A stretch of 63,395 nucleotides of DNA, counting the filler, from Pelomyxa schiedti (lineage: Eukaryota > Protista > Evosea), in the NCBI GenBank assembly GCA_020536535.1. It is 16 parts of 16 records of this genome, joined end to end, with 100 filler letters (N's around TTAATTAATTAA, not from the genome) between each part and the next. Parts side by side here need not be neighbours in the genome. Positions count along the whole stretch, not along the records: positions 1 to 21,135 come from JAHLWZ010001077.1; positions 21,236 to 25,732 come from JAHLWZ010001589.1; 14 more parts are not named here. One strand, 5' to 3'. A program made the position numbers and the translations under genes. This document shows, in pieces, positions 12,469 through 22,606 of this stretch. The stretch's first letter is position 1. Each line of letters opens with the position of its first letter. The notes beneath the pieces were generated by a model. The model was not told the origin of the DNA, did no database searches, and saw nothing but the letters and a program-made list of their open reading frames with translations.

Positions 12469-12658
12469 TGAACTCCGGTTCTCTGCAGAAGACCTTGCCA
12501 GAAATATTTGCGACACAGCACAGTGGTGTTTCGTCGGCTTCCTCTTCGTTGTACTCGTCCTCAACATCAGCAACTACTCAATCATCCTGAAAAAGAGGGA
12601 ATTGTGGTGAGCCCTGCGTACAGGAAGCAAAAAGAAATCAAGGGATTCAACAGTCTCA

Positions 12659-13852
12659 TCATAAGGAATTGAATGTGATTCTGCTCTGCTTAGGCACAGG
12701 CTGACTCCAGAGCCAACGCCCGGTGACAGCATCAACCAGATCAATGCGGCCAAACCCTTCAAATGCAACCAACCCATTGCGTATAATGAACTGGTACTCT
12801 CGGCTGACAGTGAACACGCAGCAGGGTGTTGATTCGTCATTTTTGGCAAACACACTGAGTGTCCCAGGAAATTCCTCAGAAATGCCAGAGACCTCATAAA
12901 AGTGGCTGTCATCAACTTTGCCGAAATATGATGCCCTGTGGCTCACAACTTGGTTTGTTTCCAAGTGAACAATAAAACACTCATTTGGGGTGCTTGTTCT
13001 GCCGAGGGGGGTGGCCCACAGCTGTGGCGACCCAATGAATCCGTGCTGATCTGACCAATACAGGGCCTTGCGTTCCGAGTAGAGCTGGAATTCTTGAATG
13101 ATGGAAAACTCACCTTGTTGGTGAGATTTCTCCAGGTCCACAAGCCACAGAACATTGTTGCCTTTCTTCATCAGTACTGATACTGCTGCACAGTTGCCAT
13201 TACCTGTGTGCATAAGGTCAATCCAGTTCACGTGATCAGCACTATCCCCAATCGACACAATCCTCACTGAATCTGCTGCTCTTCCATTGCTTGTTGTTGC
13301 AGTAACAAGTGGTTTCGGCCAAATTGGGACTGCTACCCCCCGGCCAGAATTGCATAGCAACTGCCACCTCGAATTGCTCACCACCAAAGTTCCAAAATAA
13401 GTGCAGAATTGCCATCTTGCCACCACCACCTCACACGATTCTTCAGCCTCCACAATAACAGCATGAAGGGAGGGGTTGATACTGCAGGTTGCCACGTGAT
13501 CCCTGTCCAACCACCCATAAATCCATCTTGCGCACTGCCTCCGCTCACGTGCCACTGAAACTACACCCAGTGTGTGTGACACACTCACAAACCACACGGC
13601 GGTCAAAGAGGTCTCCATCCTGAGGTCTTTTCGCGAGGTCACAACTACACTCTTTGCCACACCCATGATCCAGTTTCTCCCGATTTCGTGGCACAACACG
13701 TGGTGTGGCAGCACCCGCAACGGAGACACCGACGCGCAACGTCCCACAATTCCCCCGGAGCACATCGCCACTAATTGGTCTCGTGCCCACACAACGTGTT
13801 CGGCAGGTGGCATCGGGGACGGAGCCCCGGCCAACACACGCTGCAAATTCAT
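12659..13852 (-). CDS. Family A protein (397 aa, intronless), tandem paralog
   Basis: Same motifs, collinear with 11260-12468. Confidence 0.85.
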   Translation of the reverse strand: MNLQRVLAGAPSPMPPAEHVVWARDQLVAMCSGGIVGRCASVSPLRVLPHHVLCHEIGRNWIMGVAKSVVVTSRKDLRMETSLTAVWFVSVSHTLGVVSVARERRQCARWIYGWLDRDHVATCSINPSLHAVIVEAEESCEVVVARWQFCTYFGTLVVSNSRWQLLCNSGRGVAVPIWPKPLVTATTSNGRAADSVRIVSIGDSADHVNWIDLMHTGNGNCAAVSVLMKKGNNVLWLVDLEKSHQQGEFSIIQEFQLYSERKALYWSDQHGFIGSPQLWATPLGRTSTPNECFIVHLETNQVVSHRASYFGKVDDSHFYEVSGISEEFPGTLSVFAKNDESTPCCVFTVSREYQFIIRNGLVAFEGFGRIDLVDAVTGRWLWSQPVPKQSRITFNSL

Positions 13853-13944
13853 TCGATACGAGCCTCTTTATTGGTTTACAATGTTATTAAATGAGAATCA
13901 AAGACGGAGGTGAATAGTAACCTTGTAACTACCTACTCTCGCGC

Positions 13945-14150
13945 GACTGCAACGATGCCCAGTGTGTGACACACTCACAAACCAAAGTTCTGCCTAACGG
14001 CTGTTAGAGCCCACAACAACGCTGTTGCGCGCACCCATGATCCAGTTTCTGCCGATTTCGTAGCACAACACGTGGTGGGGAACCACCCGCGCAACGTCCC
14101 ACAATTCCCACGGTGCACACCGCAACGAATTGGTCTCGTGCCCACACAAC
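13945..14150 (-). pseudogene. Family A 5' fragment with internal deletion
   Basis: WARDQFVAVCTVGIVGRC, then EIGRNWIMG...WFVSVSHTLG, then similarity stops. Confidence 0.75.
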
Positions 14151-14185
14151 AGCGGTTGGACTCTACATTATTTTCTTTTTTTCGG

Positions 14186-15518
14186 ATGTCAGCGAGCGGG
14201 TGCGCAACCGGAACGTCAAGCGGAGGGGTAATTGTGGGAGGCGGTGGTTGCAACCGAGGCCTGGCTGCAACGAACGACGACGCCGCGGCGTCAAAGATGT
14301 GGGTGTCCTTTTTGTACACAAACCACAACAAAAACAACCAGAACGTTTTCAAACCAACTCGAGTTGGTGTTATTATTAGGTACGCCGTGTCGCTGGGGTA
14401 TTACCGAGACCCTTATTTGAGGCACTTTTTGAGGACTTCACCATCGAAGAAACCTCCTTTGATTAACAGAGGCAATTCTCCATCTCTCCAACTTATTATG
14501 TGCTAATGTAGAGCTGTATTTTTTTTGTTAAACACAGGTCACTATAGTAGGGTGGCAGCTATGGATTGTGCTGTGAGATCACTTGTGGAATTTGGTGTCA
14601 CTCAAATCGTAAACTTGGGCTGCGGATTTGACACTCTATTCTTCAGATTAAAGGCTAGTTTAACCTCCTTCATCCTTGTGCTCACAATCCAAATAAACAA
14701 AAGGCTGAGAATGTACTTACAACTGTGACAACTTGGTATGACATTGACATGGATACAGTCATTCAACAGAAGCGTGCGATTGTTGAAGGCACTCCCGCAC
14801 TGACTTCTCTTGCTAGCGATGGTGCAACAAAATATATTCTCCGCTCTGTGGACCTGTCCAATTTGGAATCAGTTAAGGAAAGCCTCAGGGATTGTGATCC
14901 AAAGTCTCGTAATTTCTCATTATGTCGTTTCTACCCTAATAAATCATTTTCCAGTCAAAGCACACTGTTTATTTCTGAAGTAGTTCTAGTATATTTAGAC
15001 CCTGGAGCTGGCACTTCTATCATAGCCTGGGCTGCAGAACACTTCACGACAGCGTGCTTTGCTACCTACGAGCAAATCCGCCCTTTGGATCCTTTTGGGA
15101 GAACTATGGTCTCAAACTTGCAGGTTTGCCTCTTTTTTTTGCCTAAAACATAAAACTAACTGCATTTTTCCAGAGAATGGGGTACCCCTTGCTGAGTATT
15201 ATGGAGTACCCAGATGAACAAGCACAGCGCAAAAGATATTTGAACTGTGGATATCAAGTAGTAACTGTTGATAACATGCTTTCTGTGCACAACGCATTGG
15301 TTGCTTCTGACCCACGTGAGGCTGGCAGGTACTTGTTGTCTTATTTCCTGTGATTTGGTACAAATTGCAATTTCAGAGTGAACCGGCTAGAACTATTTGA
15401 TGAACTTGAGGAGTGGGGACTTATTCAACAGCACTATTGCTTTATCATTGCTATAAAGCAGGCTTCCGGAACCCCAACATTCACAAGAAAATGGAAACTT
15501 TCTTTGTCTCGGTTCTAA
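14186..15518 (+). CDS. LCMT1: Leucine carboxyl methyltransferase 1 (PP2A methyltransferase), 6 exons
   Basis: TNDDAAASK, SLGYYRDPY, PLINRG, QIVNLGCGFDTLFFRL, TLFISEVVLVYL, YEQI, LELFDELEEW..IQQHYC. Confidence 0.95.
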
Positions 15519-15534
15519 TTTATTTAAACCTTGT

Positions 15535-16278
15535 TTACTCGTCATCGTCATCTTTGTAAATGTCATCCACATTGCGTCTCTTTATCTAGAGTATTTGTTG
15601 GAGAATCACTCTAATTTTAATTGTTGGATTACCGTTATTTTGGGTTCCGGTTTGCTTTCACTTATTTGCTCCAAAAGTCCAATGAGCCGGGCCTCATCCA
15701 CTTTCGTCCTCAGTTGGCCAGACTTGTGTATGTTAAAGACTGTTAAACAGTTGTGAAGGGAACTAACTGTGGCGGAACGAATTATCATATCTTCGACAGC
15801 ACGCGCCTTTTCGGGCTTTACCAGTGCAATGCGTGATACTAAAAACAAAGGGAGGGTGAATAGTTAAAATTAGAATCGGAAGGAATTAATAGCAAAACGA
15901 GTTCTTACATCGTTCACGAGCCTCGAAGGTGAGTAGTTGTTGCAGTATGCTCCTTCTTCTGTCTTCTTGCTCCCTGTATATATGTATTTAAATACGTTAA
16001 AACGTGAAATTGGGGAATTCTTATGAACGAGGAACAACTATACGGACTGTTTCATTTCCGCTTGTTTCTCAGCAGACGGTCCCCTCCCCTTTTTTACCGT
16101 CAATATAATTCCTTGGCGTTAATTGTGGGACGGTCTAAAAAAATTAGCACACCGACGATGACGATGCAGCACGTTGTTGCATTTCGGCCAATCTCCTCGC
16201 TCGTATCGCCTCCAACTCCTCATCGTCTGCCTGTCCATGGGATTTATTTATTCACTCAAACCCACTGGGCCGTACCAT
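15535..16278 (-). CDS. PDCD5: Programmed cell death protein 5, 7 exons
   Basis: M|ADDEELEAIRARRLAEMQ...SILQQLLTFEARER|LSRIALVKPEKARAVEDMII...KIT|IKRR; first coding exon is the ATG alone. Confidence 0.95.
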
Positions 16279-16476
16279 CTCGTGGTTACTCGTACGCAAT
16301 CAAAAACAAAATGCAGAAACACACATGTTCAAGAGACTCCATGGGCAGCTCTGAGTGAGACCACGAATCAAGAAACTACACATGGGGGCAGGGGAGTCCA
16401 TATGGGGGAATCAACAGACACTCCTATTGTTGAGAGGATCTTTTTCACATTTTTAATCGAATCAACATTCGTTGTG

Positions 16477-17652
16477 ATGGCGTCGTACGTTGTTGTTGCT
16501 TGCAGCCTGAGGGCTGTTGACCAGGTCGTTGCACTTTGTGGGTTGTCTATCGACAGGTGCTGCGGAGCGGAATCCAGTGTGTCGGGCAGGGTAGTGTGCA
16601 GGTGCCAGCACCTGGTGAGCCACATGTGGGAATTATGGGCCGGCGGGGCTGCCCAACGCAGGTTCGTCCTCGTTACGGACTCATTTCATGGGGTGTTGAC
16701 ACTGTCATTTGGGGTGTCACCATTGTTGCTATCTGTCACGCCATCACCGACGGGAATCAGTGGGATTCTGTGCGCGACTGAGGATGGGTGTTCCAGCTGG
16801 GTGGATGGTCGGCACACTGTGGAGTCCACTGGGTCTAAGGATGGTCACATGTTCTTGCGTGAGGCGGAGACTCGGACAAGCAGGCTCCTGTTCGACTACC
16901 GCAGTCTGTGTCGTGTTGAGGCCAATGAGAAGTGGTTAGTTGGGTTTTGCACTGTGGATAGAAGAGTCTTCAGTGGTAGAGTGCTGGTCATTGTGGATAT
17001 CAAGAGCAGTGGTCCCGCTACTATGATTCCTGTTGAGGTGTTTCTTACCAGGCAAAACTGTGGTGATGTGTTATTGTTCTTCAACAGGACAAATCATAAT
17101 GAACTGATTCTTGGGTTGCAGAGTGGCAGCGGTGTCAAATTTATTGTTGTTGACCTTACACAAAGCTTCGAGCGAAAAGAGTTGAACATTCAGAGCACCA
17201 CTCAATATCCAACTGAAGATTACATAGAAGGAGTTCTGATGATGAGGAGAAACAGTGGAGCTCTCGTTTTCATTGTGAGTACATCCAGAGCAGGCACTTC
17301 AACCGTTGTTCTTTTGGAAGCAGCCACAGGCACTTCAACCGAAATCTCGCGAGTTTCCTCTGGAAGGCAACCGATGTCACAGCTGGACGATTCTGTATTC
17401 TGTCTTTACAAAAGTTCAGTACGTTCGTATGAGCTTTGGGACTGCAACAACACATCGCAGCCATTGAGGGCTCTTCAATCAAATGACAACCTCAGGGATG
17501 TTCGTGCGGGGAGAGGGTTACTCTTCACTGCAACACACTACGACCTCAAAATCAGAGTGGCAGAACCACTCTCTGGCCTTACACTCCTGTCCATTACCTT
17601 CCCTGCCTCCCCACTTTTTTCCCGTGTCTTTACTTGTTGTAGCTTTGTGTGA
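16477..17652 (+). CDS. Divergent family A protein (intronless)
   Basis: RAVDQVVALCGLSIDRCCG, FGVSPLLLSV, ANEKWLV, VDLTQSF, YELWDCNN. Confidence 0.8.
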   Translation: MASYVVVACSLRAVDQVVALCGLSIDRCCGAESSVSGRVVCRCQHLVSHMWELWAGGAAQRRFVLVTDSFHGVLTLSFGVSPLLLSVTPSPTGISGILCATEDGCSSWVDGRHTVESTGSKDGHMFLREAETRTSRLLFDYRSLCRVEANEKWLVGFCTVDRRVFSGRVLVIVDIKSSGPATMIPVEVFLTRQNCGDVLLFFNRTNHNELILGLQSGSGVKFIVVDLTQSFERKELNIQSTTQYPTEDYIEGVLMMRRNSGALVFIVSTSRAGTSTVVLLEAATGTSTEISRVSSGRQPMSQLDDSVFCLYKSSVRSYELWDCNNTSQPLRALQSNDNLRDVRAGRGLLFTATHYDLKIRVAEPLSGLTLLSITFPASPLFSRVFTCCSFV

Positions 17653-17765
17653 AAAAAAAAACGTGGGGACATTATCCCTTTTTTTCCTGTTCTTGAGCCA
17701 TAACATATTCACAAGTGAGGTGTTGCTGAAGTCACCCATAATAATATTTATTGTGATGGGGTGAG

Positions 17766-19193
17766 TCATAGTCTGGGGCGGGAGGAGCGCTTTTCCCTGA
17801 CGGTGGCAAAGTACCTCTTCTTGGTGGTGGGTTTCGAGGGCGATGAACTGGTGCCAAGGGGTGTTGTTGCTTTATCAGATTCCTCAAAGGAACCAGTTCG
17901 GGGCCTGATGGCTAGTGGCGCAGAGGTTGCTGTTGATGTTGTAGTTACACACGGTGATGCTGCTGGTGTTGATGATGGCGATGATGGCGCATTCAGGGTT
18001 TGCTTCAGGAGGAAGTCCGGGAGTGATGTTTCCTTTGAAAATTTGTGGTTGGTGGGGTCTTTGGGGGATTCCGGCGGGGGTTTTGTTGGGGTTCTTGTTG
18101 CAGGGGGAGGGGGGCTGGGTGACATGTCCGCGGTGGATGCCGTGGAGGACGAGGAGGGGAGCAGCCACCGGAGTGAGAAGCGTTTGGATTTCCTCTTTTG
18201 CTCAGGGTCACTTGTTATTGTCGTTAGTATTACAGGTTGTTTATTGACGGTGGATGTTGGCGCTGCAGATGTTGTCACTGAAATAGCCGGAAGTGCAGCC
18301 TGAAATCGAGGAAGGCTCTTTGCTAATAAATTGTTAGGAAAACAACGGTTAAGGGGACTGCCTAACTTTAAAGAATTTTCTTAATTAGACGTTTTTTTTC
18401 ATACTTAATATGTCTATATTATATTCTAAACTATTTATTCTACTTTATTTTTATTATAATAATTTATTTTATTATAATAATAATTTATCGGATCGAAACC
18501 TAGTTCACAAAGTATCAGGTACTTGTCGTGGCCACCCAGGACTTTGTCAACCTCAGCCTGGTAATGCGGCGGAACCGTGCAGCCGTGCCCGATCAGAAGC
18601 TGAGCAATCTCAATGTGGTTGTTTCTAATGGCATCGACCAGCGGGTGCCTCTCATCGCTGCTTTCGCGGAAAACCACTATCTCCTTGGAATTGAGCAGAG
18701 CCTCGACCACCTCAAAGTGGCCCTCCAAACAAGCAATTCCCACTGCAGTGAACCCACTGCTGTCCCTCGCGTTCACATCGATCCCGGGGTGTCCCATAAG
18801 TCTCCTCACGACCTCGACGTTGCCGTTCGCGGCGGCCTGCACGATGGGCTGCGACCTGTTGGCGTCAATCCCCGGCGCCGCCAGCAGCAGATCCACCATC
18901 CCACAATTGCCGTGTGCGCAGCAGCACCACAGCGCCGTGAACCCGTGGGTGTCGGGCACGTTGGGGTCGGCGGGCGCGTGCGGGGGCGGCGGGCGGAGCA
19001 GCAGCTCGGCGATGGCGGCGTCGGCGTTGGCGCAGGCGTGGTACAGCGCGGTCCAGCCGTTGCGCAGGCAGCAGTTGATGTCGAGGTTGGCGGGCAGCGT
19101 CGTGCGGAGGAGCGACGCGGCCTTGCTGACGTCGCGCGCCTCGCAGGCCTCTTGCAGGAGCCGGTGCAGCGCAACTGCAGCTTGGTACGACAT
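17766..19193 (-). CDS. Ankyrin-repeat protein with S/P/T-rich C-terminal exon
   Basis: GWTALYHAC, GFTALWCCC, DVNARDSSGFTAVGIACLEGHFEVVEALL; exact splice to exon 17766-18300 unresolved. Confidence 0.8.
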
Positions 19194-19497
19194 AGTAGCT
19201 AGTTGGCTAGTCAGTGCAGTGCGGTGAGTTACTTCGAACAAGTCGTTGCGTACGGCACCTCTGTTTTTTTTCTTTCCTTTTTGTTTCGAGATTTTCTGTG
19301 AATGGCTGGAACTACCCATAATGTGGCTTTGTCGGGAGGGGGTTACGTCACCGGCGCAGGGCCAGGCGCATAACGTTTTTGTCATTCGCCTTTTACTAAT
19401 GAGCAACCGTGCTCCTGGTCGTCATCAAATGCGCTTTGATCCCGTATTTTTGTATCGAGAGGGGCACCCCTCTCATTCTAAAAGAAAACCAAATAGT

Positions 19498-20664
19498 TCA
19501 AAGCGACTGGAGTGTGAGAACATGCTGGGGAGTCAGAGTTGGCACAGGCTGACTCCACAAGCTACAGCCTGTTGCAGCATCAATGAGGTTGACGTGATGG
19601 AATCCTTGGAATGCAATCAACCCATTGTCCATAATACACCTACAATCTGATCTCCACTGGTAAACATGGCAGGGGGTGTAGGTATTGGTTGCTGAAAAAA
19701 TGCTCAGTGCCCCTGTGGAAGAAACCTCATAGATGTGGCTCTCATCAATCTTTCCACCCAACCACTCGAAACACTTCACAGCTTGTTTTGTGTCAATGTC
19801 AATCATGAAGTTTGGTTGTGAGGGGCAGTTGAGTAGTGGTTGTGTATGCGGTGCACCAATGACTCCATACTTGGCTGACCAAAAAATATCATAACTCTTC
19901 AGAAGTACCTCTTGAAGGATTGAAAGCACACCCTGCTGGTATGTTTTCTCCAAGTCAACAATCCACAGTGCCTGCTTGTGTACCGTCCACACTGCAAATG
20001 CCACAATGTTAGCATCACTGCCACCCAGAGTTGCGTCGATCCATTGCACGTGTTCCACCTCTCTGATAAACACACTTCTCACAAAATCTGCTCTCCCTGA
20101 AATTGTGCTGTTGGTTGCCGGTGGCAGCGGCTTTGGCCAGATTGCAACCGTTTTCGTACCGACAGAGTTGTACACCAACTGCCACCGCCTGTTACTCGCC
20201 ACCACTGTGTACGAGAAGAGAAAGGTACCATCCCACTCAGCCACCTTCTGCATTTTTGTTGTCTCCACAATCGCGGATGTGGTGGCTGTGGCCCAGAACC
20301 CTTGGGGGGTAGCCACGTGGTGGCGGCCAACCCACCCATAAATGCACGCACTGATCTTTCTGAAGTCGCATTCGATTGAAACTACGCCCAGGGTGTGCGA
20401 GATGCAGACAAACCAAAGTGCCTCATTGTGCCCCTTGGAGGAATCTCGCAAGGTCACAAGCACGCTCTTTGCCACACCCATGATCCAGTTTCTGCCAATT
20501 TCGTGGCACAGCACGTGGTGGGGCAGAACGCGCAACGGGGACGCCGACGCGCAACGTCCCACAATTCCGCCCGCGCACACCGCCACGAACTGGTGCTCTG
20601 CCCACGCAACGTGGTCGGGTGGCGCCATCGTGACACCCCGACCATGAAACAGTTCCTGCATCAT
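19498..20664 (-). CDS. Family A protein (388 aa), inverted paralog of 3172-4338
   Basis: Intact ORF, gap-free alignment with the paralog. Confidence 0.85.
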   Translation of the reverse strand: MMQELFHGRGVTMAPPDHVAWAEHQFVAVCAGGIVGRCASASPLRVLPHHVLCHEIGRNWIMGVAKSVLVTLRDSSKGHNEALWFVCISHTLGVVSIECDFRKISACIYGWVGRHHVATPQGFWATATTSAIVETTKMQKVAEWDGTFLFSYTVVASNRRWQLVYNSVGTKTVAIWPKPLPPATNSTISGRADFVRSVFIREVEHVQWIDATLGGSDANIVAFAVWTVHKQALWIVDLEKTYQQGVLSILQEVLLKSYDIFWSAKYGVIGAPHTQPLLNCPSQPNFMIDIDTKQAVKCFEWLGGKIDESHIYEVSSTGALSIFSATNTYTPCHVYQWRSDCRCIMDNGLIAFQGFHHVNLIDAATGCSLWSQPVPTLTPQHVLTLQSL

Positions 20665-20727
20665 TTCGTACGATTAAATGAAACGGTTTGATCACTGGAG
20701 CTGTTTTTTTCTCTTTGAGGGATTGGT

Positions 20728-21085
20728 CTAAAACGAAGAAAGGCTGAAGTCCAGTGGGGAACTGACCGGCAGCCGCCACAACCACAGGCCAGTGACAGCA
20801 TCGACAAGGTCAATGTGTTCTTTACTCCGAAACGCAATCATACCGTTCCGAACTGTGTACTCTGTGTCAGTGTCGTCGTAGCAGAACACCCGGCACGGTG
20901 TGTCAAAGTCATCAGTGGAGAAAACCCTCAGCGTGTCATCCAGGTTGCTGTAGGCGACGAAATGGCGCTCATCAACTCTGACAGGATTGCCAAGAAAGCT
21001 GCTCCACACACATAGACGGGTTTTCAGGGCCACCAGTTGATAGGTGCTCCCAAAGTTTCCAGTCACTGCACACCCACTTTGTTTC
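20728..21085 (-). pseudogene. Family A C-terminal fragment, near-identical to 2586-2943
   Basis: 2 differences in 112 aa; preceded by the same LTR-like end at 21086-21135. Confidence 0.8.
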
Positions 21086-21135
21086 TGTGTGATTCAGTAG
21101 AATACACAAGCAAACTCTCTGCGAGCACGAGCACG

Positions 21136-21235
21136 NNNNNNNNNNNNNNNNNNNNNNNNNNNNNNNNNNNNNNNNNNNNTTAATTAATTAANNNNNNNNN
21201 NNNNNNNNNNNNNNNNNNNNNNNNNNNNNNNNNNN
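21136..21235. other. Artificial contig linker N-TTAATTAATTAA-N (first of 15)
   Basis: Identical six-frame-stop spacer at 21180, 25777, 27109, 29250, 31100, 39694, 41269, 46871, 48061, 49564, 53129, 55309, 56558, 60519, 61676. Confidence 0.98.
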
Positions 21236-21923
21236 CTTTGCTTTTCGCTCAGACAACTACAATGGTGTTATGCCAGCTTTAGAAGGGCACGAGAGTCCGT
21301 TTTAGGTGTCCCCCGAATAGCTCCTCAGGGTCCCAACAGATTACGAGAAATCCACCAGTCAATAGAACTTACTTAGACCTATAGCCACAGGATAGAACCA
21401 ACCGCACACCAGATGGTAATTTTTTTCCTTCTTCTTTTTTCCAAAACTTGCAAAACGGACCCAAAATTTGTATACACTTTTTGGTGGGTGTGTATACAAC
21501 CAGTTTTCCCTGTGTGGGAGGTTTTTCTCCTCTCCACCATGGTGGATCCAGGTGGGCTGCTCACGCCATCGTCTACAACAAATGTTACACCGTCTCTCCC
21601 AATACAGGCTCAAACCAAGGCGACCATAGAGAGCTAATCACTTGGAAAGTGATTTTTCCGAATTTTTTGGAGAGTCCCAAATAATTCAGTGCCTTAACCA
21701 CACCGTGTGGTTTTTGAATTTGACATAGCACACAATGGACAAGTACCCCAAGTATCATCAAACTTTTTCCCAAAAAAAAAACCCCAAACAACAGCCGTTT
21801 TGGTCTCGGAGATTTGCTGCCATGTCCAGTGGACGACAATGGGAACTATCCTATGTTTTATTGTGATCCACGGTGCCAAAGCTGTGGTGCCACATACCAC
21901 TGGAGGCAAGGCTTTTTATACAA

Positions 21924-22338
21924 TGTGGAGCGGTTACAGTTGAACAAAAACCTGAAGTGTGGGGGGCAGCTGCTGAGGTTTCTTAAGATGGTAGTCAAAA
22001 CAAAATTGAAAATGAGGCAAAGGTTGTTGCGTGTATTCTAGGAATTACCAGAATGAGACAGCGAAGGTAATGATCAGCGCACAGTGCAGCTGGGCGCTCA
22101 AATACAGCAACAAGAACGTGGCAGGTGGTTTTGATTACATGCACCCTTGTCCAAGAATCCATTTGAACATCGCAGCCTTTTAACCCAATCGCACAACTGC
22201 TCTGTGAGATTTTACACACTCCCTTTTTATCCCTTTACACAACAATGACGAGAACAAACAAGAGAACCCTTTATTCTCTTCACTCTCACTCGTTTTCTTC
22301 CTCTGTGGGGCTTATTCTTGAGCCCACAGAAGCTAACA
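21924..22338 (+). mobile_element. Solo-LTR-like element
   Basis: TGTGG start; GAAGTGTGGGG and 3' end CAAGAGAACC...CCTCTGTGGGGCTT...CCCACAGAAGCTAACA shared with 56988-57277. Confidence 0.5.
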
Positions 22339-22606
22339 TTATTAACAATTACTGTTCCAGTGACTTCCTTAAGCTCTGCAAGTTTTAGTCAGAAAAACAT
22401 TTGAAGTTCTGTGGGAGCACATACCAAGATTGGGGGTCAAAGAACGACATGTCCCAAGTGGTGGGAAACAGACACAATACTATCCAGAGCCTCAGTAACA
22501 AGTTGAGCGTCATGCACCCCAATCAGATGCCTGTCAATTATGCGCCTCATCAATCCAACTGAGAAAAGAACAAAAATGATCGTTGTGAAAGAACCACCAA
22601 GGAGCG

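Noticed and set aside
16174-16476. N-terminal extension of ORF 16174
   Set aside because: Overlaps PDCD5 exons on the opposite strand; real start likely 16477
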